A program made the translations under genes and the position numbers. From NCBI GenBank assembly GCA_022565615.1, contig JAIUMM010000005.1, positions 1 through 62,266 on the forward strand: DNA of 62,266 nt. Reading direction: 5' to 3'. Each line of letters starts with the position of its first letter. Positions within the stretch are counted from its first letter, which is position 1. Origin of the DNA: Nanobdellota archaeon (lineage in GTDB: Archaea > Nanobdellota > Nanobdellia > Woesearchaeales > UBA583). Below the pieces are notes generated by a model. It saw only the letters and a list, made by a program, of their open reading frames with translations. It was not told the origin of the DNA and searched no databases. Shown here piece after piece: positions 37,645-46,836 of this stretch.

Positions 37645-38562
37645 TTGTTGAAAATGGAATCATTAATAAATGTTAATAAAAAAACTAGCGTAATTTTTAC
37701 AATTTTACTCAGTATGCTTTTAATTGCAGGATGTACTGGTGGAGTTGGAGGAGGAGATAATGTAAGAACAGCAAGTATAGGGGGGAGTTCAGCTAATAAT
37801 AATGGGGCTGTTGTTTTGAATTTTGTTGAGAATAATCCTCCTTCTCAGATGTTTAAGGGAGAGAGATATGATTTTGCGTTTGTGATTTCAAATTATCAAA
37901 TGCATGAAGTTGATGATTTACGATTAAGAATTACAGGTTTTGATAGGGGAAATGTAAATGGACTTCCTGAACAAGATACAGTAAGTTCAATTCCTTCTGC
38001 TTCAGAGGTTGCAGGTGCTGGAATTAAAACAGATCATTTTTATAGTGATGTTGTAGTTGATGATTTTACAAGAGAATTTCCTTTAAATCCTAGAATTAGA
38101 TATTGTTATACTCAAACTTCATTTAGAAAACAAGAAATATGTGTTCCTAGTTTAAATAATGTTTGTGGAAGAGATGTAGTTGTTGCAAATACTGTTGAGA
38201 CAAATGGGCCTTTTAATTTTAGGGTTCAAAATGTAAATTCAATTGGGGGGACTATTAGAATTGATTTTGAAGTTACAAATAGACTTGGTGGAAGAGTTGT
38301 TGATGAATGTTTTGGAAGAGAAGGATTTGCAAGTGAATACTCAGGTGTTGTTGCAAGATTAGGTACTGTTGAGGGAAATTGTAGAGCTACTGGGACAAAT
38401 GATTATTTGTTTGCAAATGGAAGAGCTAATTTTTTTTGTGAATTTTCAAGAACTGGTGATGATTCTTATCCTGCTCAGTTATATGTAGAAGCACAGAGTT
38501 TATATGAACAGGAGAAGAGATTAAATATTATGGTAAGAGATCCTAGTTATGGGGTTGGTTAA
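37645..38562 (+). CDS. Putative lipoprotein with a beta-rich, Cys-containing ectodomain
   Basis: LLIAGC lipobox, Gly-rich linker, several Cys; 2 nt from the upstream gene. Confidence 0.7.
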   Translation: MLKMESLINVNKKTSVIFTILLSMLLIAGCTGGVGGGDNVRTASIGGSSANNNGAVVLNFVENNPPSQMFKGERYDFAFVISNYQMHEVDDLRLRITGFDRGNVNGLPEQDTVSSIPSASEVAGAGIKTDHFYSDVVVDDFTREFPLNPRIRYCYTQTSFRKQEICVPSLNNVCGRDVVVANTVETNGPFNFRVQNVNSIGGTIRIDFEVTNRLGGRVVDECFGREGFASEYSGVVARLGTVEGNCRATGTNDYLFANGRANFFCEFSRTGDDSYPAQLYVEAQSLYEQEKRLNIMVRDPSYGVG

Positions 38563-38613
38563 ATATTTTTACCAATTAATTTTTATTTAAGTATTAAATT
38601 ATATTTTTAATTT

Positions 38614-39792
38614 TTAAGTTCTATTTAAATTTCCTTGTGATATTATTATCAGATTATTTAATACTAGTTGAATAATTGGAAGGGAGTATTGTTCTAATTG
38701 GTGTTGTGTTGTAGAATCTAAGTCTTGGAGTATTCTTGAGTATGAATTAATTCCTTGAAAATAGGTGAATGTGAGTAATGCTACTTCTTCAGGAGTTGGC
38801 TGTCTTGAAATATCAATATTGAAAAATTGTGCAAGTTGAAATATATGTAGAAAACCTGCTTCTAGTTCTCTTTGTCTTTGTTCATTAGAATTCATAGAAG
38901 CATATCTTCCATTTAAATTGAAATAATTTTCAACCCAATTAATTGTTTGAGGTTTTATTTGAAAAGGGCCTCTTGCATCTGCTGAACTAGTTGTTGTTCT
39001 TCCAAAATTATTTTCAATGAGTAAAAGTCCTACTAAAAGTTGGTAATATGAAGTGTGAATTGAGTGAATTTGATTATTTGAAAGTTGAGATGGGTTTTCA
39101 AGTGAATGCAGAATAAATCTATTGAGTTGAGGATTTATTTGATTAGGGTAAAAAGTGATTTGTCGTTCTTCTTCTTGATAACTTCCATTGGGCATTCTTT
39201 CAATAAGTACTTGAAGCTGAGGTCTAGGACTTGCTGAAATAATAGGGAGTATTTGAGAAAATCGTTGTAGTGCAAGAGGAGCTTCAAGTTGATATCTATA
39301 TACGTTCCATATAAATATGAAATCTTTTTGATCTTGTGTTCTTTGAGATTCATTTATGGATAAGATTTCTTGAGCATAACTTCTAAGTTGGAGTATTTGT
39401 GAATTTTCAAGGGGGTTTATATGTTGTGTTTGATGAATCCAACGTAAATATCTTAAATATTCTTCAAATGTTCCTTCAATTATGGTATCAGGTCTTTGTT
39501 GAGGCCTTATTGTTTCATTATTTGGGGTTAAAAACTGAGTGTTTGTATTTTGTGTGATACTATCTTGAGTTTGTTCGCTTGAGATTTGAGGTGTTGAAGT
39601 TTCTTGTATTGAAATTTGGGAGGGTGAGAGTGGATAGGGATTATTATGAGAAGTTTGATTTGGAAATGATGAAAATGCTAATCCTAATGTGAGTACTTTG
39701 AGAAATGATTTTATTTTTGACATAAATACTATGTTAGATTTTATTTTTAAATAAGTTTGCATTATTATTAAAATATTAATGAAAAAGTTCAT
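38614..39792 (-). CDS. Secreted protein with a lytic transglycosylase (SLT, lysozyme-like) domain; true start probably 39723
   Basis: LLIENNFG...SSADARGPFQIKPQT matches the SLT ExxF...SxxGAxGxxQxxPxT motif; TYFQG resembles AYNAG; leader MSKIKSFLKVLTLGLAFSS. Confidence 0.65.
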   Translation of the reverse strand: MNFFINILIIMQTYLKIKSNIVFMSKIKSFLKVLTLGLAFSSFPNQTSHNNPYPLSPSQISIQETSTPQISSEQTQDSITQNTNTQFLTPNNETIRPQQRPDTIIEGTFEEYLRYLRWIHQTQHINPLENSQILQLRSYAQEILSINESQRTQDQKDFIFIWNVYRYQLEAPLALQRFSQILPIISASPRPQLQVLIERMPNGSYQEEERQITFYPNQINPQLNRFILHSLENPSQLSNNQIHSIHTSYYQLLVGLLLIENNFGRTTTSSADARGPFQIKPQTINWVENYFNLNGRYASMNSNEQRQRELEAGFLHIFQLAQFFNIDISRQPTPEEVALLTFTYFQGINSYSRILQDLDSTTQHQLEQYSLPIIQLVLNNLIIISQGNLNRT

Positions 39793-39813
39793 AATAATTA
39801 TTGAGTAAATTAT

Positions 39814-41100
39814 TTAGAGAAAAGGAAGGGGTTCAATTTTATTTCTTTTCTTTTTAATATATGTTCCAATATTATATTTTAAGTGTTCAAATAAATATGC
39901 AGGTTGCATTTGAGGGATTATTGATTTGTAAATATAAATTTCTTCTTCTTCTGCTTCTTTTGGTGTTAAGTTTACAAAGTAGTAGTCAATTTTTTGTTTA
40001 TCAAGATACTTGCAGATTAATTCAAATTTTTCTTCATCAGTATTTGTATTTTCTACTTTTAAATGTTTTTTAAGTTGTTTGTATGGTGTTTGTTGTTCTA
40101 ATATGAAATTTAGGATTTTTTTATGTTTGTGTTGTGCATAAAAGAAGATTCTATCAAGTACGTTATTTACATCTTCTTCTTTTTGAATTTTTGAATCATA
40201 ATTAGGGTTTTCAAGCAATAATTGTTCAATCCATATTGTTGATTTGATTGCTTCAAGTAATGCTCCTGTTATTGCTTCAATAAGATTAATGTCACTTGAA
40301 CTTCCAATACAAAGAGCTGGTTTGTGATGAATATTTTTATTAGTGCTTTCAAGTAAAACAAGAATGGAGTGATATTCTTCTTGAGTATTTATTTTATAAA
40401 CATGTACGTTTGTAATAGTGTCTTGTTTGAGTTGTGTGAGAAGATGATTAAGAGTTGAGTGTTGCTCTAAATCTTGATTATTGAGTTTATAGTATGGTTT
40501 TTGGTTTAAAAATGAGCACATGAAATCGTGTCTTTCTAATACTTCCATCACTGCGTGATATTTGGTGCTTTTAGGTGAGGTTCTAAGAGCAGTTCCAGTT
40601 GTTATTGAAAATCTTATATATGTATCATCATAACTAAATGGAACATAGACCATTTGAGCAGGAAGGTAATAATTATTATTTTCTTTGTCTTGACATAATG
40701 TCCAATAGTATTTTGCTTGAAGTATTTCTTTTTGATTAAGTTGGGATGAGTTAATAAATTCTTTAAGTGGTATTATTTGATTTTCTTCTTCTTTTGCTTG
40801 TTTTTCTATTTCACTTTGTGTTTTACATAGTAATTCTCGTATATTATATATAGAGATTACATATCGCTCTAATGCTTCTGCGTACACTTTAAGTATTGCA
40901 TCATCTCTATTCTCACTAAGTGATGATGCTGAGGCTGTATATTTTGTTTTATATAAATCTGAATTTTGTGTATATACATCAGTGTAGAGATAAAAATATG
41001 TTGGGTAATTATGTAGTGTATTTGTTCTAAATATTTCTCCCATATTTGGAATTTTTTGATGAACTTTTGCAAGTTTTGTAATAATTTCTTCGTAATCCAT
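39814..41100 (-). CDS. YcaO-like family protein, stand-alone
   Basis: AEALERY, LPAQMVY, ITTGTA, MEVLERH, GALLEAI, and C-terminal EPLPFL (PxP). Confidence 0.85.
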   Translation of the reverse strand: MDYEEIITKLAKVHQKIPNMGEIFRTNTLHNYPTYFYLYTDVYTQNSDLYKTKYTASASSLSENRDDAILKVYAEALERYVISIYNIRELLCKTQSEIEKQAKEEENQIIPLKEFINSSQLNQKEILQAKYYWTLCQDKENNNYYLPAQMVYVPFSYDDTYIRFSITTGTALRTSPKSTKYHAVMEVLERHDFMCSFLNQKPYYKLNNQDLEQHSTLNHLLTQLKQDTITNVHVYKINTQEEYHSILVLLESTNKNIHHKPALCIGSSSDINLIEAITGALLEAIKSTIWIEQLLLENPNYDSKIQKEEDVNNVLDRIFFYAQHKHKKILNFILEQQTPYKQLKKHLKVENTNTDEEKFELICKYLDKQKIDYYFVNLTPKEAEEEEIYIYKSIIPQMQPAYLFEHLKYNIGTYIKKKRNKIEPLPFL

Positions 41101-41227
41101 ACTTTATGTAATAATTTGAGATTTTATAAGTGTTAGTATATACATTAGAATATTTGTGTAGGTCATGAAATTTTAAATGATTAACTATTCATTTGTTTTT
41201 AACTTTGAAGTGAAACTTAAAGAAAAG

Positions 41228-41235
41228 TTTATAAA
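41228..41235 (+). promoter_or_regulatory. Archaeal TATA box
   Basis: TTTATAAA 22 nt before the ATG at 41258. Confidence 0.6.
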
Positions 41236-41257
41236 GTTTGAAGTCATATAGATATAA

Positions 41258-41575
41258 ATGTCACTGGAAAATAAAGTATCCTCTAATATTAAACTATCTC
41301 CTAAGTCTTTTGCATTAGCAGGAGGAATTATGTTAGGTAGTTTTTTATCTCCTGTGTATGCTAATGATAGTTATAATTCTCAAACACAAACTCCACAATA
41401 TCCTACTTGTGAGTATTTAATTCAAAACCCACAGTATGTTGGAGATAGATGTACTTTATCTTCAGGTCAAGTAGTTCCAATTGTTAGAACTAATACGAAT
41501 TCTCAAGGAAATTTAATTCAAGAATATATTGCACAAGTTGAATCGCAAGTTCCTTGGGGTAGAAATAGAAATTAA
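41258..41575 (+). CDS. Small secreted protein with two Cys
   Basis: Signal peptide ending PVYA/ND; divergent from ycaO. Confidence 0.75.
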   Translation: MSLENKVSSNIKLSPKSFALAGGIMLGSFLSPVYANDSYNSQTQTPQYPTCEYLIQNPQYVGDRCTLSSGQVVPIVRTNTNSQGNLIQEYIAQVESQVPWGRNRN

Positions 41576-41603
41576 ATTAGTGTATTTAGATAGTATTTTT
41601 GTG

Positions 41604-42170
41604 TTATCTTTCTAATTTTCTAATAAATTCTTGATAATGTTGATGTGTTACTGGTGAGATGAATACTGTATTATCGTTAGTGTTGATATGGCTTAAAACT
41701 CCACAAATTTTACCTTCAAGGGTTGTAACTGGAGATCCACTAAATCCTCTCATAACTTCTTGTACGGGAATTGGACTATAATGTAATTCTCTTCCTGCAA
41801 TTGGTATGTCTGTTTGACTTAGTATTAAATTATGTCTACTTCCATTGGTTAAATGTAGTATGCATTCATCTCCTGCTTTTAGTTCTTGTTCATATATTTC
41901 AAGAGGAGTTCTTTGAGATGGAATTTGTCTTCTAAATAATGTGGTGTCTCTTCTTTGAGGCGAGTAGTGTTCTTCGTAATGTCTAAATTCAGGAATTTCA
42001 TCAAAAACATGTCTTGCTGTAACTGAAATGTGGGGGTTTTGAACAGGAGTTGAGGGTGAGAGTCTATTGCCTTCTAGTTCAAAAATAGGTGGAATTGATT
42101 GAGTTGTTGTTCTACATGAGGAGAGTAATGTCCCTCCAACTAATAAAAATGTTCTTCTTGTAAGTCTCAT
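41604..42170 (-). CDS. Trypsin-like serine protease, Tat-type lipoprotein
   Basis: TRRTFLL twin-Arg motif and LSSC lipobox; triad motifs TARH, RDTTL, GFSGSP followed by GKICGV. Confidence 0.75.
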   Translation of the reverse strand: MRLTRRTFLLVGGTLLSSCRTTTQSIPPIFELEGNRLSPSTPVQNPHISVTARHVFDEIPEFRHYEEHYSPQRRDTTLFRRQIPSQRTPLEIYEQELKAGDECILHLTNGSRHNLILSQTDIPIAGRELHYSPIPVQEVMRGFSGSPVTTLEGKICGVLSHINTNDNTVFISPVTHQHYQEFIRKLER

Positions 42171-42292
42171 TATAGATTGAGAAATTAAATTGAGTTTAAA
42201 TGTGTTGTTATTGGGTTTAAAAAATATTGAAATTCTTATTTGTTCTATACTTAAATTATTTTAACTTATGTGGAGTGGTAAATATGGAAAAA

Positions 42293-42300
42293 TTTATAAA
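42293..42300 (+). promoter_or_regulatory. Archaeal TATA box
   Basis: TTTATAAA 21 nt before the ATG at 42322. Confidence 0.6.
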
Positions 42301-42321
42301 TATGTAAATCATAGTTAAACT

Positions 42322-42801
42322 ATGACACAAAAAAAATCATTAACATCAAGATTAGTAGCACCTGCTTTAGTAGTAGGAAGTTTAGGACTTGCAGCTTGTT
42401 CTCAAGAACCTCCAGTTGGAGCATCAGTTCAATCAACTGCTTCAGGGTATACTGTAACTCCGCTAATTCCGCAAGAAGGAGGTTTAGTAAGACCTGGGAG
42501 ATCTATAAATATTAGACACAGCGGGAGTTGTATGCAAACTAGTTTTAGAGGAAATGAGTATAGATTTTGTCAAGGGACTCAACCATATAATACAGTTGTA
42601 TCTGCTGCAAGAGTTGGGGGAATTAGTCCTGCAAATCCAGATTTAAGAGCTGAAGAATTAAGAGCATTTGAAAGATCATTAGCACCATACAGAGTAAATC
42701 AAGGTGGAAGTGGAAATGGAGGAGGAAGTACTGGTGGAAACTCAGGTGGTGGTAATAGTGGAGGAGGAAATTGTGGTGGGGACTGTGGGGGGGGAAGATA
42801 A
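42322..42801 (+). CDS. Putative lipoprotein with a Gly/Ser/Asn/Cys-rich C-terminal tail
   Basis: LGLAAC lipobox; tail QGGSGNGGGSTGGNSGGGNSGGGNCGGDCGGGR. Confidence 0.75.
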   Translation: MTQKKSLTSRLVAPALVVGSLGLAACSQEPPVGASVQSTASGYTVTPLIPQEGGLVRPGRSINIRHSGSCMQTSFRGNEYRFCQGTQPYNTVVSAARVGGISPANPDLRAEELRAFERSLAPYRVNQGGSGNGGGSTGGNSGGGNSGGGNCGGDCGGGR

Positions 42802-42862
42802 TTTTTTTATTACTTATTGGTTAAACTATTTTATTATATATTTTTATGATCAGATGTAATTT

Positions 42863-45800
42863 ATGAAATTTAAATTCATATTATTTTATTTTATTTTAAG
42901 TTTATATTTAGTTGTTAATTTTTCATTAGCAATTTATGTAGATTTAGTTCCTGAATCTGATTCTGGAATTTTAGCCACTGTATTTTATTGTGATCCTAAT
43001 GTTGAAAATTGTCCTGCAGTTTTATCTCATGTTGATTCATCATTAATAGACATTCCTATTGAAAATATTAAAAATTTTAATTTTGACCCTTCTGCTACAT
43101 CAGAGGTTTGGAAAGGTTTTTATGTATATAAATCAGGGAAAAGACTAGAAGTTTACAGTAGGGGTTCATATGGTACAGTCCCTATGGGTCCAGGAAGTTC
43201 TCCTGAAAATCCTATAACTATGGACATATTTGCTATGGGTGGGTACTATTCAACTTCAACAGGTGCTTTTAAAAATGATTTAAGGGGAGTTGATAGTTGT
43301 AGAGTTATTCCTGTAATTGATGGAGATGTTATAAACTTAAATTCAAATCTTGATTATTTAAGTAGGTTTTCTACTGGAACTATTCAAGAACTCCCTTCTT
43401 CTTTAGAGCAGTATTATTTTATGAATGCTAATGTTCAAGTGTATGCTCAAAATGGAGATGGAACTGTTTTTGAAATTTATAATAATAATATTTTAATGCC
43501 TCAATATGATATAGCTCGTTCTTTAAATTATAATTTAAATACTCAAACAGGAGTTATAACAGTAAATGGAAATTCAGTTACTCTTCCTCCTGGAGAGTAT
43601 GATTTGAAAGTTAAAACTGATACCACTATTGAGCCAAAGTGTGATTCCGGTAGAGGAACTATTCAAGAACCGGTTCTAGATTCTTTTACAATCTCTGCTC
43701 CTCCTTCTCCTCAAGATGTTGTAATTAATGAATTTATATCAGTAGATAGAAATCAAATAATCTTAGATATTAGTAGAAATGGTTTTACTGGAGCAATTCC
43801 TCTTCAATTTGATTTTACAAGAATTCCTGTTCACCAAGAAGAATGGAATATGAATGATAAACGTATCAATAATTCATTTAGTGTAACAATTCCTCAAGGA
43901 AGTGCTGATGGACAGATAAGAATTAATGTTGGAAGTATTAGTTATGGTGATATTGAACAAAGTGGAGGAATCTCGACAAATCAGTTTTCTTCTACATTTG
44001 CAGGAAGATTTGATGTAAAAGTTAATGTTCAAGGCAATTCAACTACTTTTTCAAATCAAGGACTTTTCTTCTGTCAAAGTGGAGATTCTTCTTGTGATTC
44101 AGTTCCAGATGTTGAGGATGTATGTCCTGAAGAGTTTGGAACTCCTTTTTACAAAGGATGTCCATCTGAAGATATTGCAATTGAATTAATACCTCCAATT
44201 GAAGGACATTGGAGTTTATCTTGTAGTCATCGTTCATATTTGTTGTATTCTTCAAGATATGTTTCATATGATTCAGTTCAAAATAGATTAAGATGTTCAG
44301 GAGGAGGAGGATTGTTTGGAGTTGATAATCACTTTTATATTAATGATACATATCATTCTTCTGGAAACAAAAATGTGTATGTGAACAATCCAACTACTGC
44401 GGAGTATAAATGTTATGCAAGTGGTAGATTGTTTGCTACATGTTCTTTTGAATTTAGACCTGAGCAAAATGAAATTGAGGTTTCGGTATTTGATATGGAT
44501 AGAGATGGATTAAATTATTATCCTACTTGGTGGATAAATAGATTTGAGAGTTATGTTACTTTAAATAATATTCAAAGTGAAGATCTCTGTCCAGCTTCTT
44601 ATGGACTTGCTCAAAATGATGGATGTCCTGTTACAAACAAGGAACTAATATATATTAATTTAAGTGAATCCGGAAGAGATTTAATAACATTCCCTGATTT
44701 TAATGAAGATAAAATTTTCTTTGAGGATTCAACAAACTCAATATTTATAGGAAGAGATAGGGCTGAGTTAAGTGGAATTCAAAGTATTTCAACTAATCCA
44801 ATTCAAATTGATATTACAAGTTCTTGTATTCCTACAATTCCATTATCTCAGATATTGCTAAATAATCCTCAACTCTCACAACTTATTAATTTAGAACTTA
44901 ATATGATTACTCTTACTAAACAAGATATAGAAAATCAGTTAACCCAATATGAAGAGCAAATTCAACAATTAGATCCTCAGCAATTAGTTGATGAACTCCA
45001 ACAAGATACTCTGCCACCAGGTCTTGTAGATTCTCTGCCACCAGGTCTTCAAAATATGGAAAAATTACCAAAAGGACTCAGAAGAGATAGAGTTCCAACA
45101 AGAGAAGATATGCAAAAATTAATTGAACAGAAAAGATTAGAAGAGATGGGGAAAATTTCAAGAATCTCAGTTGAAGAGAAAAGGAGAATCATTGATTATT
45201 TAAGAAAAGTTTCAGATTGCTCTCAAACAATTCAAAGAGAAGATGAGTTAGATTTATTTTCTTTAACATCAACTCTTCATCTACTTACTCCAATTGATAC
45301 TACTCAGAGGACAAGGGATGTTATAAATTCAATAATTAATACTGCAAATCAATTACAAATTTCAAAAACTATTGACCCTCAGATTAGTTCAAATCAAATT
45401 AGAACACAAATTAGTTTAAATATTGATAATATTCCAGCTAATACTACAATTTGGCAAGTGATTCCAAAAGAAAGTATTCAAGACTTTGATGCTTTAAGAA
45501 ATTCAATTCAACAAGGTAATGCTGATGAGATTAGAGTTAAAGATAAAGATCCAATTATTGGATGGTACTTTGGTTCAGGAGGAAGTTCTGGAGACATAGG
45601 ATTTGAAATAGAAGGTACAGGTGAAGGAGGTTCTACAATTCCTATTGAAGATACGATTTACTTTAATTATGGGGAGTTAATTGTGAATTATAGGGAATTT
45701 GGATGTTTTGAAAGTGAAAATGAATTATTTACAATTCAAAATATTACAGGATCATTAGTCAATAAAACTACATTTTCATATTCAGTATGTATAACACATA

Positions 45801-46732
45801 ATGGAAGTCATGATGTTTCACCTTCTGCTCCTTTAATTGAACAATATTTTGGAATTGATTCTACTCAAAGACTTACTCAAAATATTCGTGATATAGATTT
45901 ATTTAAACAAGAAGGTTCAGATTTAGGATATAATACATATTATGCTATGTTTTATGGAATTTCTCCTCCTAGACTAGATTATTCTTGTATAGGTTCAATA
46001 GATGAAGTAACAGGATTATTTGGAGGGTGTATGTATAGGCCTAATAATAGGTTATGGATGTATTACGGAGATGATCCATTCCCTCCTCAAATAGATTTAT
46101 TCTATGTTCCATCACATTCAATTCAACCACAAATTACAATATTTGATGAAATATCAGGAGTGAGTGAAATTAGGTATTGTATTACAGAAGATGAATTTGA
46201 GAGTTGTAATTTCCCAGCACAGTATATTCAAGTTAGTTCATTTACACAAGGAGAAAATCTAGTAGAGATTTCAATTCCTACAATTAGATGTCCAGATGTT
46301 AGAGATTGTGAAAAACATATTAGAATCTATGTTGAAGATGTAGAAGGGAATAGTGTGTGGCATAATGAAACATTACTTCTTCTTCAAGAAGCAACTTCTT
46401 GTAATGCTCAATGTATTGCACAACCATTACCTGGAAGATATTTGGCTTCATGTCATAGAATTAGTGGTTGTGAATTCATGGGATTAGATAGTGAGAGTGA
46501 AGAAGAGAAAGGAACAACAGTTGCTAATTTATGTAATTATAAAGTTCCAAATTCGTGGGTTGATATAGGGGGAGGTCTTGAAGTTCAATGTCCAAGTGGT
46601 CCAATTAGAGTTTCAAGATTTACACAAATCCCTTTTACAGTTAATTCAAATATTTGTGGAGATATAAACTCAAACAGAATTCCAGTTATAATTGATGGAG
46701 AAGAAGTTACTATGCATATTATTACTTGTTAA
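42863..46732 (+). CDS. Large (1289 aa) secreted or surface protein, Cys-rich
   Basis: Signal peptide; two thrombospondin-type-3-like repeats (DVCPEEFG...KGCP, DLCPASYG...DGCP); LPPGL repeats; Cys-rich C-terminus. Confidence 0.8.
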   Translation: MKFKFILFYFILSLYLVVNFSLAIYVDLVPESDSGILATVFYCDPNVENCPAVLSHVDSSLIDIPIENIKNFNFDPSATSEVWKGFYVYKSGKRLEVYSRGSYGTVPMGPGSSPENPITMDIFAMGGYYSTSTGAFKNDLRGVDSCRVIPVIDGDVINLNSNLDYLSRFSTGTIQELPSSLEQYYFMNANVQVYAQNGDGTVFEIYNNNILMPQYDIARSLNYNLNTQTGVITVNGNSVTLPPGEYDLKVKTDTTIEPKCDSGRGTIQEPVLDSFTISAPPSPQDVVINEFISVDRNQIILDISRNGFTGAIPLQFDFTRIPVHQEEWNMNDKRINNSFSVTIPQGSADGQIRINVGSISYGDIEQSGGISTNQFSSTFAGRFDVKVNVQGNSTTFSNQGLFFCQSGDSSCDSVPDVEDVCPEEFGTPFYKGCPSEDIAIELIPPIEGHWSLSCSHRSYLLYSSRYVSYDSVQNRLRCSGGGGLFGVDNHFYINDTYHSSGNKNVYVNNPTTAEYKCYASGRLFATCSFEFRPEQNEIEVSVFDMDRDGLNYYPTWWINRFESYVTLNNIQSEDLCPASYGLAQNDGCPVTNKELIYINLSESGRDLITFPDFNEDKIFFEDSTNSIFIGRDRAELSGIQSISTNPIQIDITSSCIPTIPLSQILLNNPQLSQLINLELNMITLTKQDIENQLTQYEEQIQQLDPQQLVDELQQDTLPPGLVDSLPPGLQNMEKLPKGLRRDRVPTREDMQKLIEQKRLEEMGKISRISVEEKRRIIDYLRKVSDCSQTIQREDELDLFSLTSTLHLLTPIDTTQRTRDVINSIINTANQLQISKTIDPQISSNQIRTQISLNIDNIPANTTIWQVIPKESIQDFDALRNSIQQGNADEIRVKDKDPIIGWYFGSGGSSGDIGFEIEGTGEGGSTIPIEDTIYFNYGELIVNYREFGCFESENELFTIQNITGSLVNKTTFSYSVCITHNGSHDVSPSAPLIEQYFGIDSTQRLTQNIRDIDLFKQEGSDLGYNTYYAMFYGISPPRLDYSCIGSIDEVTGLFGGCMYRPNNRLWMYYGDDPFPPQIDLFYVPSHSIQPQITIFDEISGVSEIRYCITEDEFESCNFPAQYIQVSSFTQGENLVEISIPTIRCPDVRDCEKHIRIYVEDVEGNSVWHNETLLLLQEATSCNAQCIAQPLPGRYLASCHRISGCEFMGLDSESEEEKGTTVANLCNYKVPNSWVDIGGGLEVQCPSGPIRVSRFTQIPFTVNSNICGDINSNRIPVIIDGEEVTMHIITC
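45009..45049 (+). repeat. 24-bp-period tandem repeat encoding DTLPPGLV/DSLPPGLQ
   Basis: CTCTGCCACCAGGTCTT at 45009-45025 and 45033-45049. Confidence 0.85.
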
Positions 46733-46807
46733 TGTAACTCTGGTGATACTAGTATTAAATAATTTTTTTAGTTTTTATTTTTATTTTTTTATTCTAAAAT
46801 AAATAAT

Positions 46808-46815
46808 TTTATAAA
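46808..46815 (+). promoter_or_regulatory. Archaeal TATA box of the prepilin peptidase gene
   Basis: TTTATAAA 21 nt before the ATG at 46837. Confidence 0.6.
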
Positions 46816-46836
46816 ATACTCATTTAATTCATTATT

